Source of the DNA: Heptranchias perlo
Taxonomy: Eukaryota
Length of the DNA stretch: 64,000 nucleotides
Assembly: GCF_035084215.1 (NCBI RefSeq)
Contig: NC_090337.1
Coordinates: forward strand, 36,642,001-36,706,000
Reading direction: 5' to 3'
A program made the position numbers and the translations under genes. This document shows, piece by piece, positions 1-12,427 of this stretch. The notes under the pieces were generated by a model. That model ran no database searches. It was not told where the DNA came from and was given only the letters and a program-made list of their open reading frames with translations. Within the stretch, counting starts at the first letter, position 1; every line of letters starts with the position of its first letter.

Positions 1-102
1 TCAAAATATTTTTATTAATTCCATATTTTACCTTTCTCTTCAAAATATCCTCAATGGGCACTTTAAAATGCAAAAACTATCCATGTGCCACAATCTTCTA
101 AT

Positions 103-893
103 GGCCTGGATTTTGCGCTGAAAATAACGGTAAGCCTAATAGCGGTCACCGTTATTTTAGTGCAAATGGTAGAGCAACTCCCAGCAAGTGCACATACGCA
201 GTTAAACGTGGAAATCTGGAAGTTGCTCTACCAGATACCCCGCTCCTCCGTAAGCTTTGCGGGAAGGACATCTCACTGGCTGACTCACCGTTCAGATGAA
301 TGGAACGGCGTGAAGGTCCTGCACTGACCTGATGGATACGACATAATCTCGCCAAAAAACGGTACATCAAGCCATTTAAGTCTCAGCACACTGAATGGTG
401 CTGTGGTACCATTCAGTGTGCTGAGACTTAAATGAGGTAAGTCTTAAGTGTGGTAAGTCTCAATGACTGCCAGTCAACTTCTCTGGCACTGAAAATTAAC
501 TTTTACAAGTGTGGAGTCTCATTCCTTCAGATTTTAATTGTTGTTGGACATTTAAAAACAATATTTTTAAAACTTCTTCTTTATCCCTTTTATCTGTCCC
601 TTAATTCAATATTTCTTACCCTCTCTTTATTTTGCTTTCTGGACCTGATCTGACATTGAATTTACTATTCTAACTTACTCTGACTCTGCGTGGCTTGTTT
701 CAATCTGATTGGTTAAGGGGATACACAGTTGCTTTTCCCATTCACACGGGTCCCAGATACCTGGGGAGAGGGCACCGCGCTGGACCATGAGAGGAACTTG
801 CTGTGAAAAAAAATCAAGAAAAGTCTATAGGCAAGTGCAAGTCTAACAAACGGCAGGCACCGTTTGTTCACCATTCAGAGCAAAATCCAGCCC
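103..893. mobile_element. MITE (Harbinger-type non-autonomous DNA transposon)
   Basis: Terminal inverted repeats GGCCTGGATTTTGCGC ... GAGCAAAATCCAGCCC. The interior resembles 35901-36656 in reverse orientation (shared 'gtggagtctcatt' and 'aatgactgc' blocks). Confidence 0.75.
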
Positions 894-1624
894 ATCGTCT
901 TTTAATTTCATGAGAAATTAGTTGTGATAATATTTAAAGTTACTATAAACATTAGGTACCTGATTTGTTTTCAAAAGTCATATGACATTTATAATTGACA
1001 TACTTTCCCTTTGCCATAACACACCTGAAATCTTGTTTTTGTTTCTTGTTACTTTTTAAATTTGTAAATTTTCCCCCCCTCTAACCACTGAACTCAGAAT
1101 TGCTGAAGAAGGTCAACAAAATGAAGCAGGCAAGTGGCTGATAAATAGTCCTAAGATTCAAGATCATTTGCATTCTGCTGGAAGTCCAAGATTCAACCTC
1201 TTGAGCATCCAGTCTGCCTTTTGTGCTATATCCTTTCATCTTTTTAGTTGATTTATCATGTCATGGTAATCATAACTGAGAAGTAGTTCAATATTTCTAA
1301 AGTAATATGGGAATTCATCTCAGTGCTGAATACAGTTATATTAATAGGAGTAATTCTTTACATCCACAGTGCTGATTTTATAAATGCACATTCCTGGTAG
1401 ACAGCTTTGCCCACTGGGCATGTAAATCAGGAAACTGCTTCCCACATGTTTCTACCCATTGTCGATGGAAAATTATAGAGAGCACGCCCACAATTTCACA
1501 ATATACACCCCTGGTGGATGACGCTCAATGTTGGAAGTGCACATTTGTAAAGCTAGTCCAATTGGGCTTTGAACCCAACACCAAAAAATGGCTTTTTTGT
1601 TCATTTGCCAACTGAAAGGATGAA

Positions 1625-1875
1625 TCTTACACAGCAGGAAGCTCTTAGGTTCAATCAATTAGTTTGGACTGGGTCAGCTGAGCTCAGCTGAGATGGTGGT
1701 AGGGGTCTTGCATATGGGTTAGAGAGCAGAAAATCGACCAGTTTTCCAGCTCCTGATTATTATCCAGCAACCCCTCCCGGAAATACCTGTGTGTAGATGT
1801 CGAGTGAAGTTAGGATTGGGCTTGGCAAAGCACTGAGAAGGAGAAAGGACAGAGAAAATTGGCAAGAAAAAAACT
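1625..1875 (+). mobile_element. Decayed SINE-like relic (same family as 12915-13270)
   Basis: Shares blocks with 12915-13270 (caggaag..ggttcaatc, tatccag, aggattgggct, gagaaaattgg plus A-tail). Boundaries approximate. Confidence 0.5.
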
Positions 1876-2294
1876 AAGGACTTTTGTACACAATTCTAAA
1901 ATACAGAGGCGATAAATACTGGCTCAATGAAAAATATATTCATCTGATTTGGATTGTATATCCTTTAAGTTTAGCAAGCAACTCGACTAAATACATTGAA
2001 TATCATGGGGCAGTTTATTTTTAGGTGAATTGTCATTCTCAAGTCAGATCATATTTGTATCATACATTGTTACTTTTGGTAAATTTAACCACAGTTCAAA
2101 TTTTATGTCAACTTTCAAAATGCCAATAATGTAATCAGAAAACATATCAAGCATCAGTTTAATATGCAACTTATCCAATTGTCCAATCCAACTTCATAAT
2201 ACACAATCAATGCTTGAAGTCAGGTTAGCATATTGGATAATAATTGTAGTCGGCCTCACATCTGCCACATAGCTTCCTTTTCCTTACCACCTGT

Positions 2295-2377
2295 AGGAAT
2301 GGCTCATGTGGAGCATAAATGCCGGCATTGACTCGTTGAGCCGAATGGCCTGATTCTGTGCTGTAGACTCTATGTAA
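2295..2377 (+). mobile_element. CR1-type 3' tail fragment (LINE end or SINE tail)
   Basis: 'gagccgaatggcctgattctgtgctgtagactctatg' matches the 3' end of the CR1 at 41705-41754. Confidence 0.6.
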
Positions 2378-2961
2378 ATAGATGGGAGAGTAAAGGATCA
2401 TCATAGGCCCTGTAGGCCAAATCCTGAGGGAATTTAAATCAATTGTGATAGTGGCAAAATTGGGAGATTGGTAACTCATGCACTTTTTCCTCACAACTAA
2501 TGCAAGTGATTATTGTAAGTAGTCTTTCAACATACCAATAATTTTTTTTTAAAAATAACAATTTCAAGCTGCTGTGTTAGTATTTGTTTCACAGAATTCA
2601 TTGTAAAATGATTTTTTTTTAAAAAAGAGGCAAGGTCTTGGTATAACAAACATTTAATCACTTACAATGCTGAGTTTCCAGCATCAACGGAGGAGACAGA
2701 GTCACAGAACGTACTTCTATCAAAAATTGTTAATGTACGCTCACTAATCAATGCAATGAAGTGTATTGAAGACACCATTGTGTCATTAAGTTGGGTTAAA
2801 GAAGTCTCTTGAAGACCTGGAATTCTGAAAATAGCAATCAAGTTATAAGCCTGTGACTTGATTTGAACAAGATGCTGGGGCATTGGAAGTGGAGTTCTTA
2901 TTATGCTTAGACCAATTATATGATAAAACAAAATTCAAATTACTACAGATACTAGAAATTG

Positions 2962-3125
2962 GAAACAAAAAAAGTGCTGGAAACACTCAGAAGGTCAGAC
3001 AGCAGCTGTAAAGAAAGGAAAAAACGTTCCGAAAGAGGGCTATACCCGAAATGGTGACTTTTTTTTCCTTTTCTTTACAAATGCTGCCTGACTTGTTGAA
3101 TGTTTCCAGCATTTTTGGTTTTTGT
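2962..3125. repeat. Short palindromic interspersed repeat (Penelope-like terminal relic)
   Basis: Arms 'aaaaagtgctggaaacactcagaaggtcagacagca' and 'tgctgcctgacttgttgaatgtttccagcattttt'. Related copies lie at about 19917-20005, 34770-34895 and 56020-56070. Confidence 0.6.
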
Positions 3126-4938
3126 ACCTGTTGTATGGTGTTTTCTTTAAAAAAAATTTGGTGAGCACAACCGTCAATCACCATTAAATTCTTATTGTTT
3201 GGGTGTGTCTACCTGCTTGCCATCTAGGCAGTGAATTTGTAACACCAGAAATAGCTTTCACAGTGCTCATAACAACTTTAAATAGTCATAAAACTCCACC
3301 ATGATGGTTGTAGTAGTTGTTCTTTGGTTCCAAGCACCTGTGTAGCATTATACAGTAGTAGGCCCAACCAATATTTTCATAGAACTTTTAACTTTCCTTT
3401 GTCACCCCAAAGGTCACAGCAGTAACATTTTCAAATGTTTTGCATTCACAATACTTTTAGTTAAGAATATGCACAAGGACGGTGAAGCAGGAGCTGAGCA
3501 ATCTTTCAGCAAGAGCTATTTGTCTGCAGTTCATGTATAGGGTTATCCCCTACTTTCTCCTACAAAACAATCTTATTATTCCAGTAATCATTTATGCAAG
3601 TCAAAGCACAACAATAAAATGCATTTTTATAGCATCTTCATGTGGACAAACGTCTGAGTATTTTACAAGAGGGATGTGGGAAATCAAAAGCATAGATATT
3701 AAAGTGCACAAACATTTTAAAATTCATCAGATTAAACAACACAAGATATTCCAAAGAACTTAATTAAAGGAGTATTCAAAGATAGTAAATGTTGATAAAC
3801 TTGACTCACAGATATCATCCTCTACCAGGTGTGCTGACCCATGTGGTGCTTTGGTTAAGAAATCTAACTTGTAATATTGCATTCTGGGTAATTGTCCAGT
3901 GAGGTCATTACTCTGTGCAGTTTGCAGTTTGATTGGGATTTTTGCACATAATGTTGGCTCAAAAAAGATTTCATTAAAAACTTATCAGATAAAGTGATTA
4001 AAACTATATATTTTTACAAAAATTCCAAATACATACTTTTTAATTGAAACACAACCTTATATTTTCCCTTCTGGTAATTTTAATCGCCCCATTCTGTTTA
4101 TGTCTTTTTCCCAGAACTTATGCTACTTTTCTGCAATTTTAAATACTGCCTGATTTGATTGCCTTTTTCTGGAAGCTTTTAGTTCTTGATTGTTTCTTTT
4201 GTATCAATGCAAAGGTTTTAGGTGGATGATGTTAATAGGCTTGATTACAATGCTCAAAAAAATACAGTATTCTGATCGGCTGAATGCTGTTCTTTCAAAC
4301 TTAGTAGATGTTGGTTCTAAACCAGTTGCCTTCTGCAGTATTCTCCAGCCAGCAATGCAGTGTTATTCCAGCTGCAAACCCTTGGAGCTGGGAAAGTAAT
4401 GGAAGGCAGCTGTATACATCAGCAGAATGTTTGAATGAGAAAAAACATTTAATTTGGTTTATTATTCAGATCCCGGTTTAGAACCTCGATCGCACAGTTT
4501 ATCATGTTTTGTCGACCCTGTAACCATATCCCAAAATCTGTTATTGCAAGAGGGAGTTCCCTTTTGAATGTTTCAATCTAGCCAGTATTGACTGCAGTCA
4601 GTAGCACTCTATTTCATAAGTTGATGATTGTAATGCCTTTGATAGATTTATGGATGTTGATTTTATTGTGTGAGCTTTAAAGTGGTAGGAGGAGAGTGTG
4701 GTAGGATTCACACCCGTCCAAGACAACATGCACTCAGCTTGGCTGATTTTCTGTATTCAGCATCATTTACATAATGCAAGCAAGCTGCAGGTCTGAGTAA
4801 CACTTGGGATGGGCAGCTTGCTTATTTGTGGGCAGGCAATCATATGCTGCTGCAGATCTTAAAGGCCAGCAGCAGCTTAAAGGGATAGTCTACTTTTTAA
4901 AGCCAAGGAGGAGAAGAATTTGCTGGAGCTAACCTAAC

Positions 4939-5186
4939 ATGTCCACCAGCAGTCAAGGGAGCGGGAAGGTACTTGGTTTGCTGATGGAGCAGTCTAAGTC
5001 CTTCTTGAGAAAGTTTGGCTGAAGAGGGATATTCTGTCCTCTGGGATGGGGAGGGGGTGTGTCCCATAACGAGTTAGGAAAGAGGCCTGGTAGGAGGTTA
5101 CCACCCATGCCAATGCCTGCAATATTTATTCAAGGACCTGGCTGCAGTGGTGCAAGAAATTCAATGATCATGTCAGATGTACAAAG
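4939..5186 (+). pseudogene. Harbinger Myb/SANT-like DNA-binding gene, exon 1 remnant
   Basis: Disrupted frame reading ...AW*EVTTHANACNIYSRTWLQWCKKFNDHVRCTK followed by a GTAGG donor. Downstream remnants at about 5490-5840 (LKELPRSF, MDKGFSQI) match 59728-60475 (GLPKSF, IDRGFERV). Confidence 0.7.
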
Positions 5187-6579
5187 GTAGGAAAGCCTAT
5201 TCAGATCTCTCGTTGTTTCAACTGCTTTTCCCTACACCCAATCTGTCAGTTCTTTGGAAGATTCCCACGATTGAGTAGGGAAGACTTCCTTGCATATTCC
5301 TTGTGCTTTTCCTCACCAGCTCATCAATATTCACCCTGTGGGATTTAGATAGTAAAGACTGAGCAGAGTGCACTGGGTGATATGTGAAACAAAAGTGACC
5401 AGGACCATCTGGAAATACCAGCTGGCTGCAAAGACAACTCACATCCATTCTCTGCTGAACAGGGCACATATGCAGACCTCGGGGGCCCAGCTTTAAGGAA
5501 ACAAATGGTTTATGAGCATGATAGATTGCTGGATGCATTAAAAGAGTTGCCTAGGAGCTTTCAGCACATGATAGCATGTGGTGGATTCCACAAGAGTGGA
5601 GTAGAGGTCAATCCCTGACTCAGTCAGCAGAGCCCTCCATGACAAAGCCTGTAAACCCAGTAATAGCATCCCTCAGAAATGGTCTTACTGTTGCCAAGCA
5701 AGCACTGGATTCTGCTACCTCCTTCTCCTTGGGCAGGCTTGGAGTTCACATGGATAAGGGCTTCAGTCAGATAAATGCTCTCTTTCAGTCTGCTGTCTTA
5801 AAAATCAGTGGACATGTTGAGACAGCCCAGTTGCAGGGCTAGGTGTGCAGTGGACTCTGCAATGCCAACTCTGTGGATGACAACACCTCTGTTTCCTTGC
5901 ATTCCCCTCAACCAATGCCTGCACAGGTGCCAGAAAACATGCAGGCCTACGTTGGCACTGCAGACACCAAAGTAGTGCAGCCTGCAGCTGGGCGGAACTG
6001 GCTTGTGCTCACAGAGGTTGACAATCACCATCATTGACAGAGACATAGCAGTAAGGCACCTCCCATACTCCAATCATTGGGAGAGCACATTGAAGAAGCA
6101 GTCCACCAAGGAGTGTGTGGTGACTCATAGGTCATCTGCAGCAGTGCCCACCTTTGACAAAGAATGGAGATTAAAGCACTGCAGTCAGGCGCCAAGGGAA
6201 AATATCAGAGTGGCAAACTGAACAGCAGAACAGGTAGGGCAATAAAATGTGGTGGCACTTCTTTTGCATTGTGTCCTGTAATGGCATTGGAGATTGTAAC
6301 CTGTTATGAGATGAATGGTCTGTTGGCAGCTGTGGAGCAGTTGTTAATTATTGTGCCGAGAAGGCATACTTCCAGAAAATGGTGAAGAAGTTTCGGCTAA
6401 GGCGTTATTATGTCAAAGACTCCTAAATCAAATTTTAACAAAGAATCTGATTCCTGGCAACTGTTGTTCACTGGGGTATTCTCAAAATCCTCAATATCGT
6501 GTGTGCCTTCACCTCCGAAGGGTTAGGGTTCTCCTCAGGCCTGTATTGGAGGAAGCCCTCAGATCTGTAATAGAAAAAA

Positions 6580-6876
6580 AGACACAAAGAACTTATATTT
6601 ATATAGCACCTTTCACAACCTCAGGATGTCCCAAAATACTTCATAGCCAATGAAGTACTTTTACATTGTAGTCACTGTTGTAATCTATGAAACCCAGCAG
6701 CCAATTTATGCACAGCAAGGTCCCACTAACAGTAATAAGATAAATGACCAAATGATTTGTTTTAGTGGTGTTGGTTAAGGGATAAATGTTGGCCAGGACA
6801 CTGGGGGAACTTCCCTGTCACAGGATGTTTTATGTTCACCTGAGAGGGCAGATTTAACTTCTCATCTAAAAGATGG
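6580..6876 (-). mobile_element. Deu-domain SINE (SacSINE1/AmnSINE-like)
   Basis: The minus strand carries Deu core blocks (CTCTCAGGTG, GTCCTGGCCAAC, GGGACCTTGCTGTGC, AAATTGGCTGC, AGTACTTCATTGGCT) and the tail GGTGCTATATAAAT. It is inserted in the Harbinger element. Confidence 0.75.
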
Positions 6877-7080
6877 TTAAAGCTCTGAAATTGTTGCTTC
6901 AACATTCTATTGGTGTGCTTGATGACTGCTCTTATAAACATTAAATTTGTGTTCAGCAGGTGTATGTGAATTGTGCACAGGTGTCATAAAGCAGGCAGTG
7001 GATAGCCTTGGTTTTCAACCTTGCATTTATTATCTAGGATCAAACAATGGAAGAATGGAGAACTGGCATAGGATAAAGGC

Positions 7081-7530
7081 TTAATAACAACTGTTGAGAA
7101 TACAAGCATTGACCTGCATGATCGTGTGTAGATGGTCACAGACTACCTTCACATTGATGGAGTGAAAGCCCTTGTGATTCATGTAAGCTGCACTATTGTG
7201 GCCCGGAGCATTCAAAGGGAACATGCATGCAGTCAATGATACCCTGGACTTTGGGAAATCCTGCAATCTAAGTAAAACACAGGGCACACCCCTGCTGTTT
7301 CTAGCTGTCCACTGAGAAAGCGATATGGGAGTGTGCTCTGGTGAACGTCCTGTTAATCACCTATTTGATACTTGTACAGGCTGCAGATTAGCTGATGTTA
7401 CTCATGTCCTTTGTGGCAACCCGGAAAGAGCAGGACACCAAAAAAGTTGAGGAATGCAGCGACATTTACTGCAACAGGCAGTGCTGTGCTTGCCTTGGTG
7501 GTTCGCTGTAAGTTATTACGCAGTCTGTAT
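7081..7530 (-). pseudogene. HARBI1-like Harbinger DDE transposase remnant
   Basis: Motifs STALPVAVNVAAFLNFF and YMNHKGFHSINVKVVCDH..IMQVNA (NRKGxHSINVQxVCD consensus); frameshifted. Confidence 0.8.
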
Positions 7531-7813
7531 CTGCCTTCCTGGTGAATTGTAGCCTCCATGTTGCTCTTATGTTTCATGCAGGAATGTTTACCTTGGTCTG
7601 TACACTCAACTTGGAGGGTAAAGATAGGAACGAGCACTCCTTCTCTGCCACCCTGGATCTTTTCAACAGTATTCTTGATTCTTTTTCTTTCTCCTCCTCC
7701 TAAAACTATGCCAAGTAAAATGGAATTTCCAGAGCGGTCCCATAGCGCAAAGGCTATGGGACCGCAAAATGGTTGCACCAAAATCCCTCTTAAAAACCGC
7801 TTTCAGACACAGA

Positions 7814-7950
7814 GGGGGTGAACTTCCACAAAGGTTCTCTCAATCATCTGCCATATCTTTGGTGGAAGAGCCGTGGAAACCCTGGAAAATTGGAAACCCT
7901 GCCGAAGGTACTGCAGAGGAGTGGGAGAACCCCCATGGAAATTCACTCCC
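7814..7950. mobile_element. 137-bp palindromic MITE with 3-bp TSD
   Basis: TIRs GGGGGTGAACTTCCA...TGGAAATTCACTCCC, flanked on both sides by AGA. Confidence 0.75.
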
Positions 7951-8489
7951 AGAGTGCCTGAAGATATCTATAAGTCACCTTCAGTGTGTAAAAAAAGAGT
8001 TGTACAAATACTTGATATCAGCTGCATTATATTACTTTTTAATAGTTCCCAGTTGAAAAGGCTGCTTGATTTCTCACGATGCTCCATGTTTGTGGGCATT
8101 AACAGGAACTGGTGTAATGGTGGACATTATGTGTAATCAAATATCGAAATGATGTTATTTTCCACTCATTATTGTACTTTATTGAAGCTCCTATCTGATT
8201 TGGGTGGGAGCTTCATCTGCCCACCTAAGAAGCCATCAGAAATTAGAATGGGATGCAGAGCGGCCAAATATCAGGCAGAACTGTTTGCTGCCCAATTTAC
8301 TGCTCAGTTACTTCCCGTCTGAGCCTGTTGGGAAGTATAATGGAGACTAATCCGTCCATGCACTTCAGATGATGTTGTTTAATGCGTCTCACTTGCACTG
8401 ACCGCAGTTGCATTCTAGTTCCCTGTAAAACTCAGAATACCAGTGTGCACGTATCAACATCTATATATTGTGTCTTATATAAGTACATG

Positions 8490-9068
8490 TGGAGTTGCAA
8501 ACCGAGCCTGATTTTCATCTGATCCAGCAGGCAGGAATGGGATGGTAACATGATTAAAGTAGCAGCGTAGCACTTGATACCCCTAACATTGGCTCTCTGC
8601 CATTTTGATGGGGGCCTTAAAAATGGGCGGCCCAGGTGCACCCCATAAATGGGCAGGAGCCTCATTAGCCAACTCAAATCAGAGTCTCGTAATGTCAATA
8701 GGATCCTGAAGGAATTTTGAGGTACCTTCAGGGCAGAGTCTGCATATGCTCTGTGCTTTGGTACTTGTAGTTGAGTGGCCTAATCAGTGGTCCTTAATGG
8801 GACCAGTGCACTCAGGAAAAGTTTCAAAAAAGGTTTGTAAATGATTTTTGTTCTCCACCTGGCCCCACAAAAGCTGACCCCACTGATGCCCAACCCTCAA
8901 TGGCCCTTCGCCAGGATCACCTCCCCCCCTTAACTTGCCGAGACAGGCTGGGGTCTGCAGTGGAGCCACTGGATTTTTGGCCCACTCCGATCAACGAGGT
9001 GCTCCAAAAGCGCAAGCATCCTGCCGATGAAATGGCAATGAAGTCTGGTCACACAAAAATCTACCCTC
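8490..9068. mobile_element. Decayed MITE
   Basis: GC-rich island ending in TIR-like AAAAATCTACCC; architecture resembles 44980-45641 and 57347-57815. Left end uncertain. Confidence 0.45.
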
Positions 9069-9679
9069 TTGTTTTGGAGGAAACTGAAGTTTATCTAGTT
9101 TCACAAATGTTGAACTTGCTTACTGGCATGAATCCATTCGCATGAGGAAGGGGGAGGTCCAGACTTACTTTTCCAAACAGATTGGGTGATTTCAACGCAT
9201 GTCAAAATTTCAAGAGCTATATTTAGTTTCAGGCATAGTATTGGCTCCTGCTCTTATATTGGAACTGGCACAGTGCTTCTCCAAGTTATGTGTTTGGGTG
9301 ATGGGTCTTAGGGAAGCAGAAGCATTGAATCAGTGCAATTCAGAAATTCAGATACTCTATATTATGATTTCTGCAACAAATCTACAGCACTATAGGCAGA
9401 AATTCAGTGCAAATTCCCTGGGATAACACAAGCAGAAGTGTAAAGTAGTAGTAGATCTTCCATTTCAATCAGGTTGTGGCTTTATTGGCTTATATTTGTC
9501 TCCGCCAATGCTCATTTCCTGGTCTTGCACAAAATATTCCCTAACCCTACTTTAAACATTCCTTTTACTGTTTTAAAAACTTAAATCGTTCCCCTCTCCC
9601 ACATGAAAGCTGTTTCCCAATTGGAAACAATTGGATAAAACAATCAAGTGGCTGAAATTGTGTTTATGCCATTCTCCGC

Positions 9680-11893
9680 CATCTATCTTGACCCCTCAAC
9701 TGCTTTTGTGCTTTCAGACTCTTGTCTGACATCCAGTCTTACATAAGCTGTAATTTCTTCCAGTTAAACAATGGGCAGACCAAAACCAATGTCTTTTCCC
9801 CCAGCACTAACTTCATCCGCCTCCCTGGCCACTGTCTCAGGCAGAACCAGAATGTTTATAATGTCCTGTTCAACCCCAAACTGATTTCCCAAACCCATTT
9901 CCCCTCCATCATAAAGGCCATGTATTTTCACCTCTGTATCATCATCTGCCTTTTCCGCCAACCTCAGCCCATCTACCACTGAATCCTTCATCCATACCGT
10001 TGTCACCTCCAGACTCGATTACTGCAATGTTCTCCTGGCTGGCCTTCCATCCTTCAATGTCTGCAAACTTCAGCTCATCCTGTCCAGATCATCCTGTTAT
10101 TATCCGATCCCATACCAAGTCCCAATCTTCCAACATCCCTGCCCTTACTGACTTGCATGGCTCCTGGTCTCAACATTCTTATCTTACGTTTAAATCCCTC
10201 CATGTCCTCACACTTCCCTATCTCTGTAATCTGCTCCACCTCTGAACTCTCCATTGTTCTGACTCCAGCTTCCTGTGCATCCCCCCACTCCTTCTCTCTG
10301 CCTCACCACTGGCAGCTACACTTTCAGCTGTCCAAACTCCATGTTCTAGAATTGCATCCCATACCTCTCTGGAGGTTAAATTGGATAACCCCTGAAAATG
10401 GGCACGGGGATCATGTTACATTCATGCTGCCTGCTGTTTTAAATAATTGCTGCATGCAGCCAGCTATCTGCGCTGTTGATTGGCTTCATGCATCAGCAGG
10501 GGGCCCCGATATTGCGAGTGGCTCGTGTTTCTTAAAGGCAACCTGCACCTCTTAAAGGGGAGGTGCATTGTGGCTGTAAGAAGTGGTGGGAGTCGTTCCA
10601 AAACTGAATCTGTGCTGTGATACTTTGAAGAATGGCTGCACCTGGGAGAGAGTGTACACCAAGGTTCTCTGATGATGCACTGGAGGCCTTGGTGCAAGAG
10701 TGGAGAGAAGGAAGGGAGCAGGAGGCCCTCCAGACAAATGCTGAAGAGGCAGTGGGAGGAAGTAGGGGAGGAGGTAAATGCCAGGGGCACAGTTCCAAGA
10801 ACACGAATGCAGTGCAGGAAAAAAATTCAATGATTTAAAACAAGTTATCAAGGTGAGTGAGTTCAAGCTTCAAGTGGCATATTGTACCGACTGCACAACT
10901 AGCCTCATCCACTGACCAATTCACTACACCCCCATCACCCACCTACCAACAATCTCTTTCAGTCAGTACGCAACCATTCAAATCATACGCTTTATCTCAC
11001 CCTCGCACACTTAGCACTGTTGCAAGCCTCACACCCACAACTCACAGTTCAAACACATTGGTAACTATTCAACATGACAGTCACATCACCCAACCATCTT
11101 GCAGGACATTCACTGACACACTTCCCTCTTTCTTGCAGGTGAAGGTGGTGCATAACAGGTGGCAGCAATTGGCAGTGGCTCCATGAAACATGTACCTGCT
11201 GTCCTCTCTAAGAATGACAGCATTCCTTCTCCCACCCCTGCCCTTACTGTTGCCTGTCAAGCCAGCCAGCCCACTCTCTGTAGAGTATTGAAACTTTAAC
11301 CATGTGTAGGAAACCTCCAAAAACACATACAAAAGCACCAGCAGCCAGAAGAAATAATCCAGCAATTAACCTGTAACTCCTTCACGATCCCATTAAATAG
11401 CGCTGGTGGGGAGTCCTTCATGCCCTTTAAGTCATGTTCAACTATGTGAGGTTGGATGGAGTGTGGCATTCCAAAATAGCAACGGTCCCTTTAAATCAAC
11501 TTTGCACACTGATTCGTGTCATAATCTCCCTACTCTGCATGCTGCTGGCGGTCGTTAGGTGTGCGCAAGCAAGCCCCTTTACCAAGATGGTGTCCTGCAT
11601 ACTTCCCGTCGGAAGTCTGTGTACGCATCTCGGACCCCATTTTTGAGGCTAAGTTGGCTGCATAGTGCCTAAAAAATGGGCACTAAATGCCCCAATTTCA
11701 CCCCCATTGTCTTTCTACCTCTCTCTCCTCCTTTATGACCCTCCTTAAAACCCACCTTTTTGATCAGCTTCTGGTCACCTTTCCTAATCGTTTCTCCTTT
11801 GGCTCAACATCGTTGTTTTCTTTACGCCTCTGTGAAGCATCTTGGGACTTTTTTAATATATTAAACATGCTATAAATAAATGGCTGTTGTTGA
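9680..11893 (+). mobile_element. L2 LINE 3' fragment, split by the insertion at 10371-11705
   Basis: 9680-10370 and 11706-11893 align consecutively with L2 copy 26273-27394 (LSDIQ..FFQLN; TLLKTHLFDQ; tail gctataaat..gttgttg). Confidence 0.75.
10371..11705 (+). mobile_element. Non-autonomous Harbinger derivative carrying a Myb/SANT remnant
   Basis: TIRs GGAGGTTAAATTGG / CCAATTTCACCCCC. Reads MAAPGRECTPRFSDDALEALVQE... with a GTGAGT donor (about 10852) and TTGCAG acceptor (about 11138). Homologous to 50369-55073. Confidence 0.75.
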
Positions 11894-12140
11894 ATAGCAA
11901 GAACAGAACTCACCTCCACTGTACTGGGGAATTGAGGCCAAATGAAAACTCAGTCTGACGTCATGTCCTTTTTTCATTATGTCCCTAGTGTAATACAAGT
12001 AGAAATCCAGTTTTAATAAAGTAACCAATAGTGTAAAAGTTTGCCATGAAGGACTATGGTTAACATCTAACAAGAATCTATATCAGGAGCATAACTGTAT
12101 CAATCAAAGAGAGAAGCTTTAAATTATTGTTTTTACAAAT

Positions 12141-12146
12141 TTTATT
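12141..12146 (-). terminator. NLGN1: Candidate distal polyadenylation signal AATAAA
   Basis: Transcript context CTGTATATAGTTTTATTATTGTACA-AATAAA, with two upstream UGUA motifs and a pyrimidine/U-rich tract downstream. Confidence 0.5.
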
Positions 12147-12427
12147 TGTACAATAATAAAACTATATACAGATATAAACACTGTAAACTGACAGTATAAT
12201 ACGGCACAGAGTTTAAACTGCACTGATCATCAGGCTCGGCAGCATCAGCAAAGACATCAACATGTCGAACCACTGGCTACACAATAACATTTGTTTCTGT
12301 AAAAGATTTTTAGGTTAATAATGTGCTCTTAAAGGTGAGAGATGTTGATTCTGGGATTGGGTAGTTTTGCATTTTTATCCACTTTTTGGACCCAGTGTCA
12401 GTATACACTCCAGGTCAGAGATACAAT

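Larger units (their letters stand above)
4650..7810. mobile_element. Decayed PIF/Harbinger DNA transposon (convergent Myb/SANT and transposase genes)
   Basis: Myb/SANT remnant on + and HARBI1-like transposase remnant on -, the same layout as 58930-61800. Ends approximate. Confidence 0.75.
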
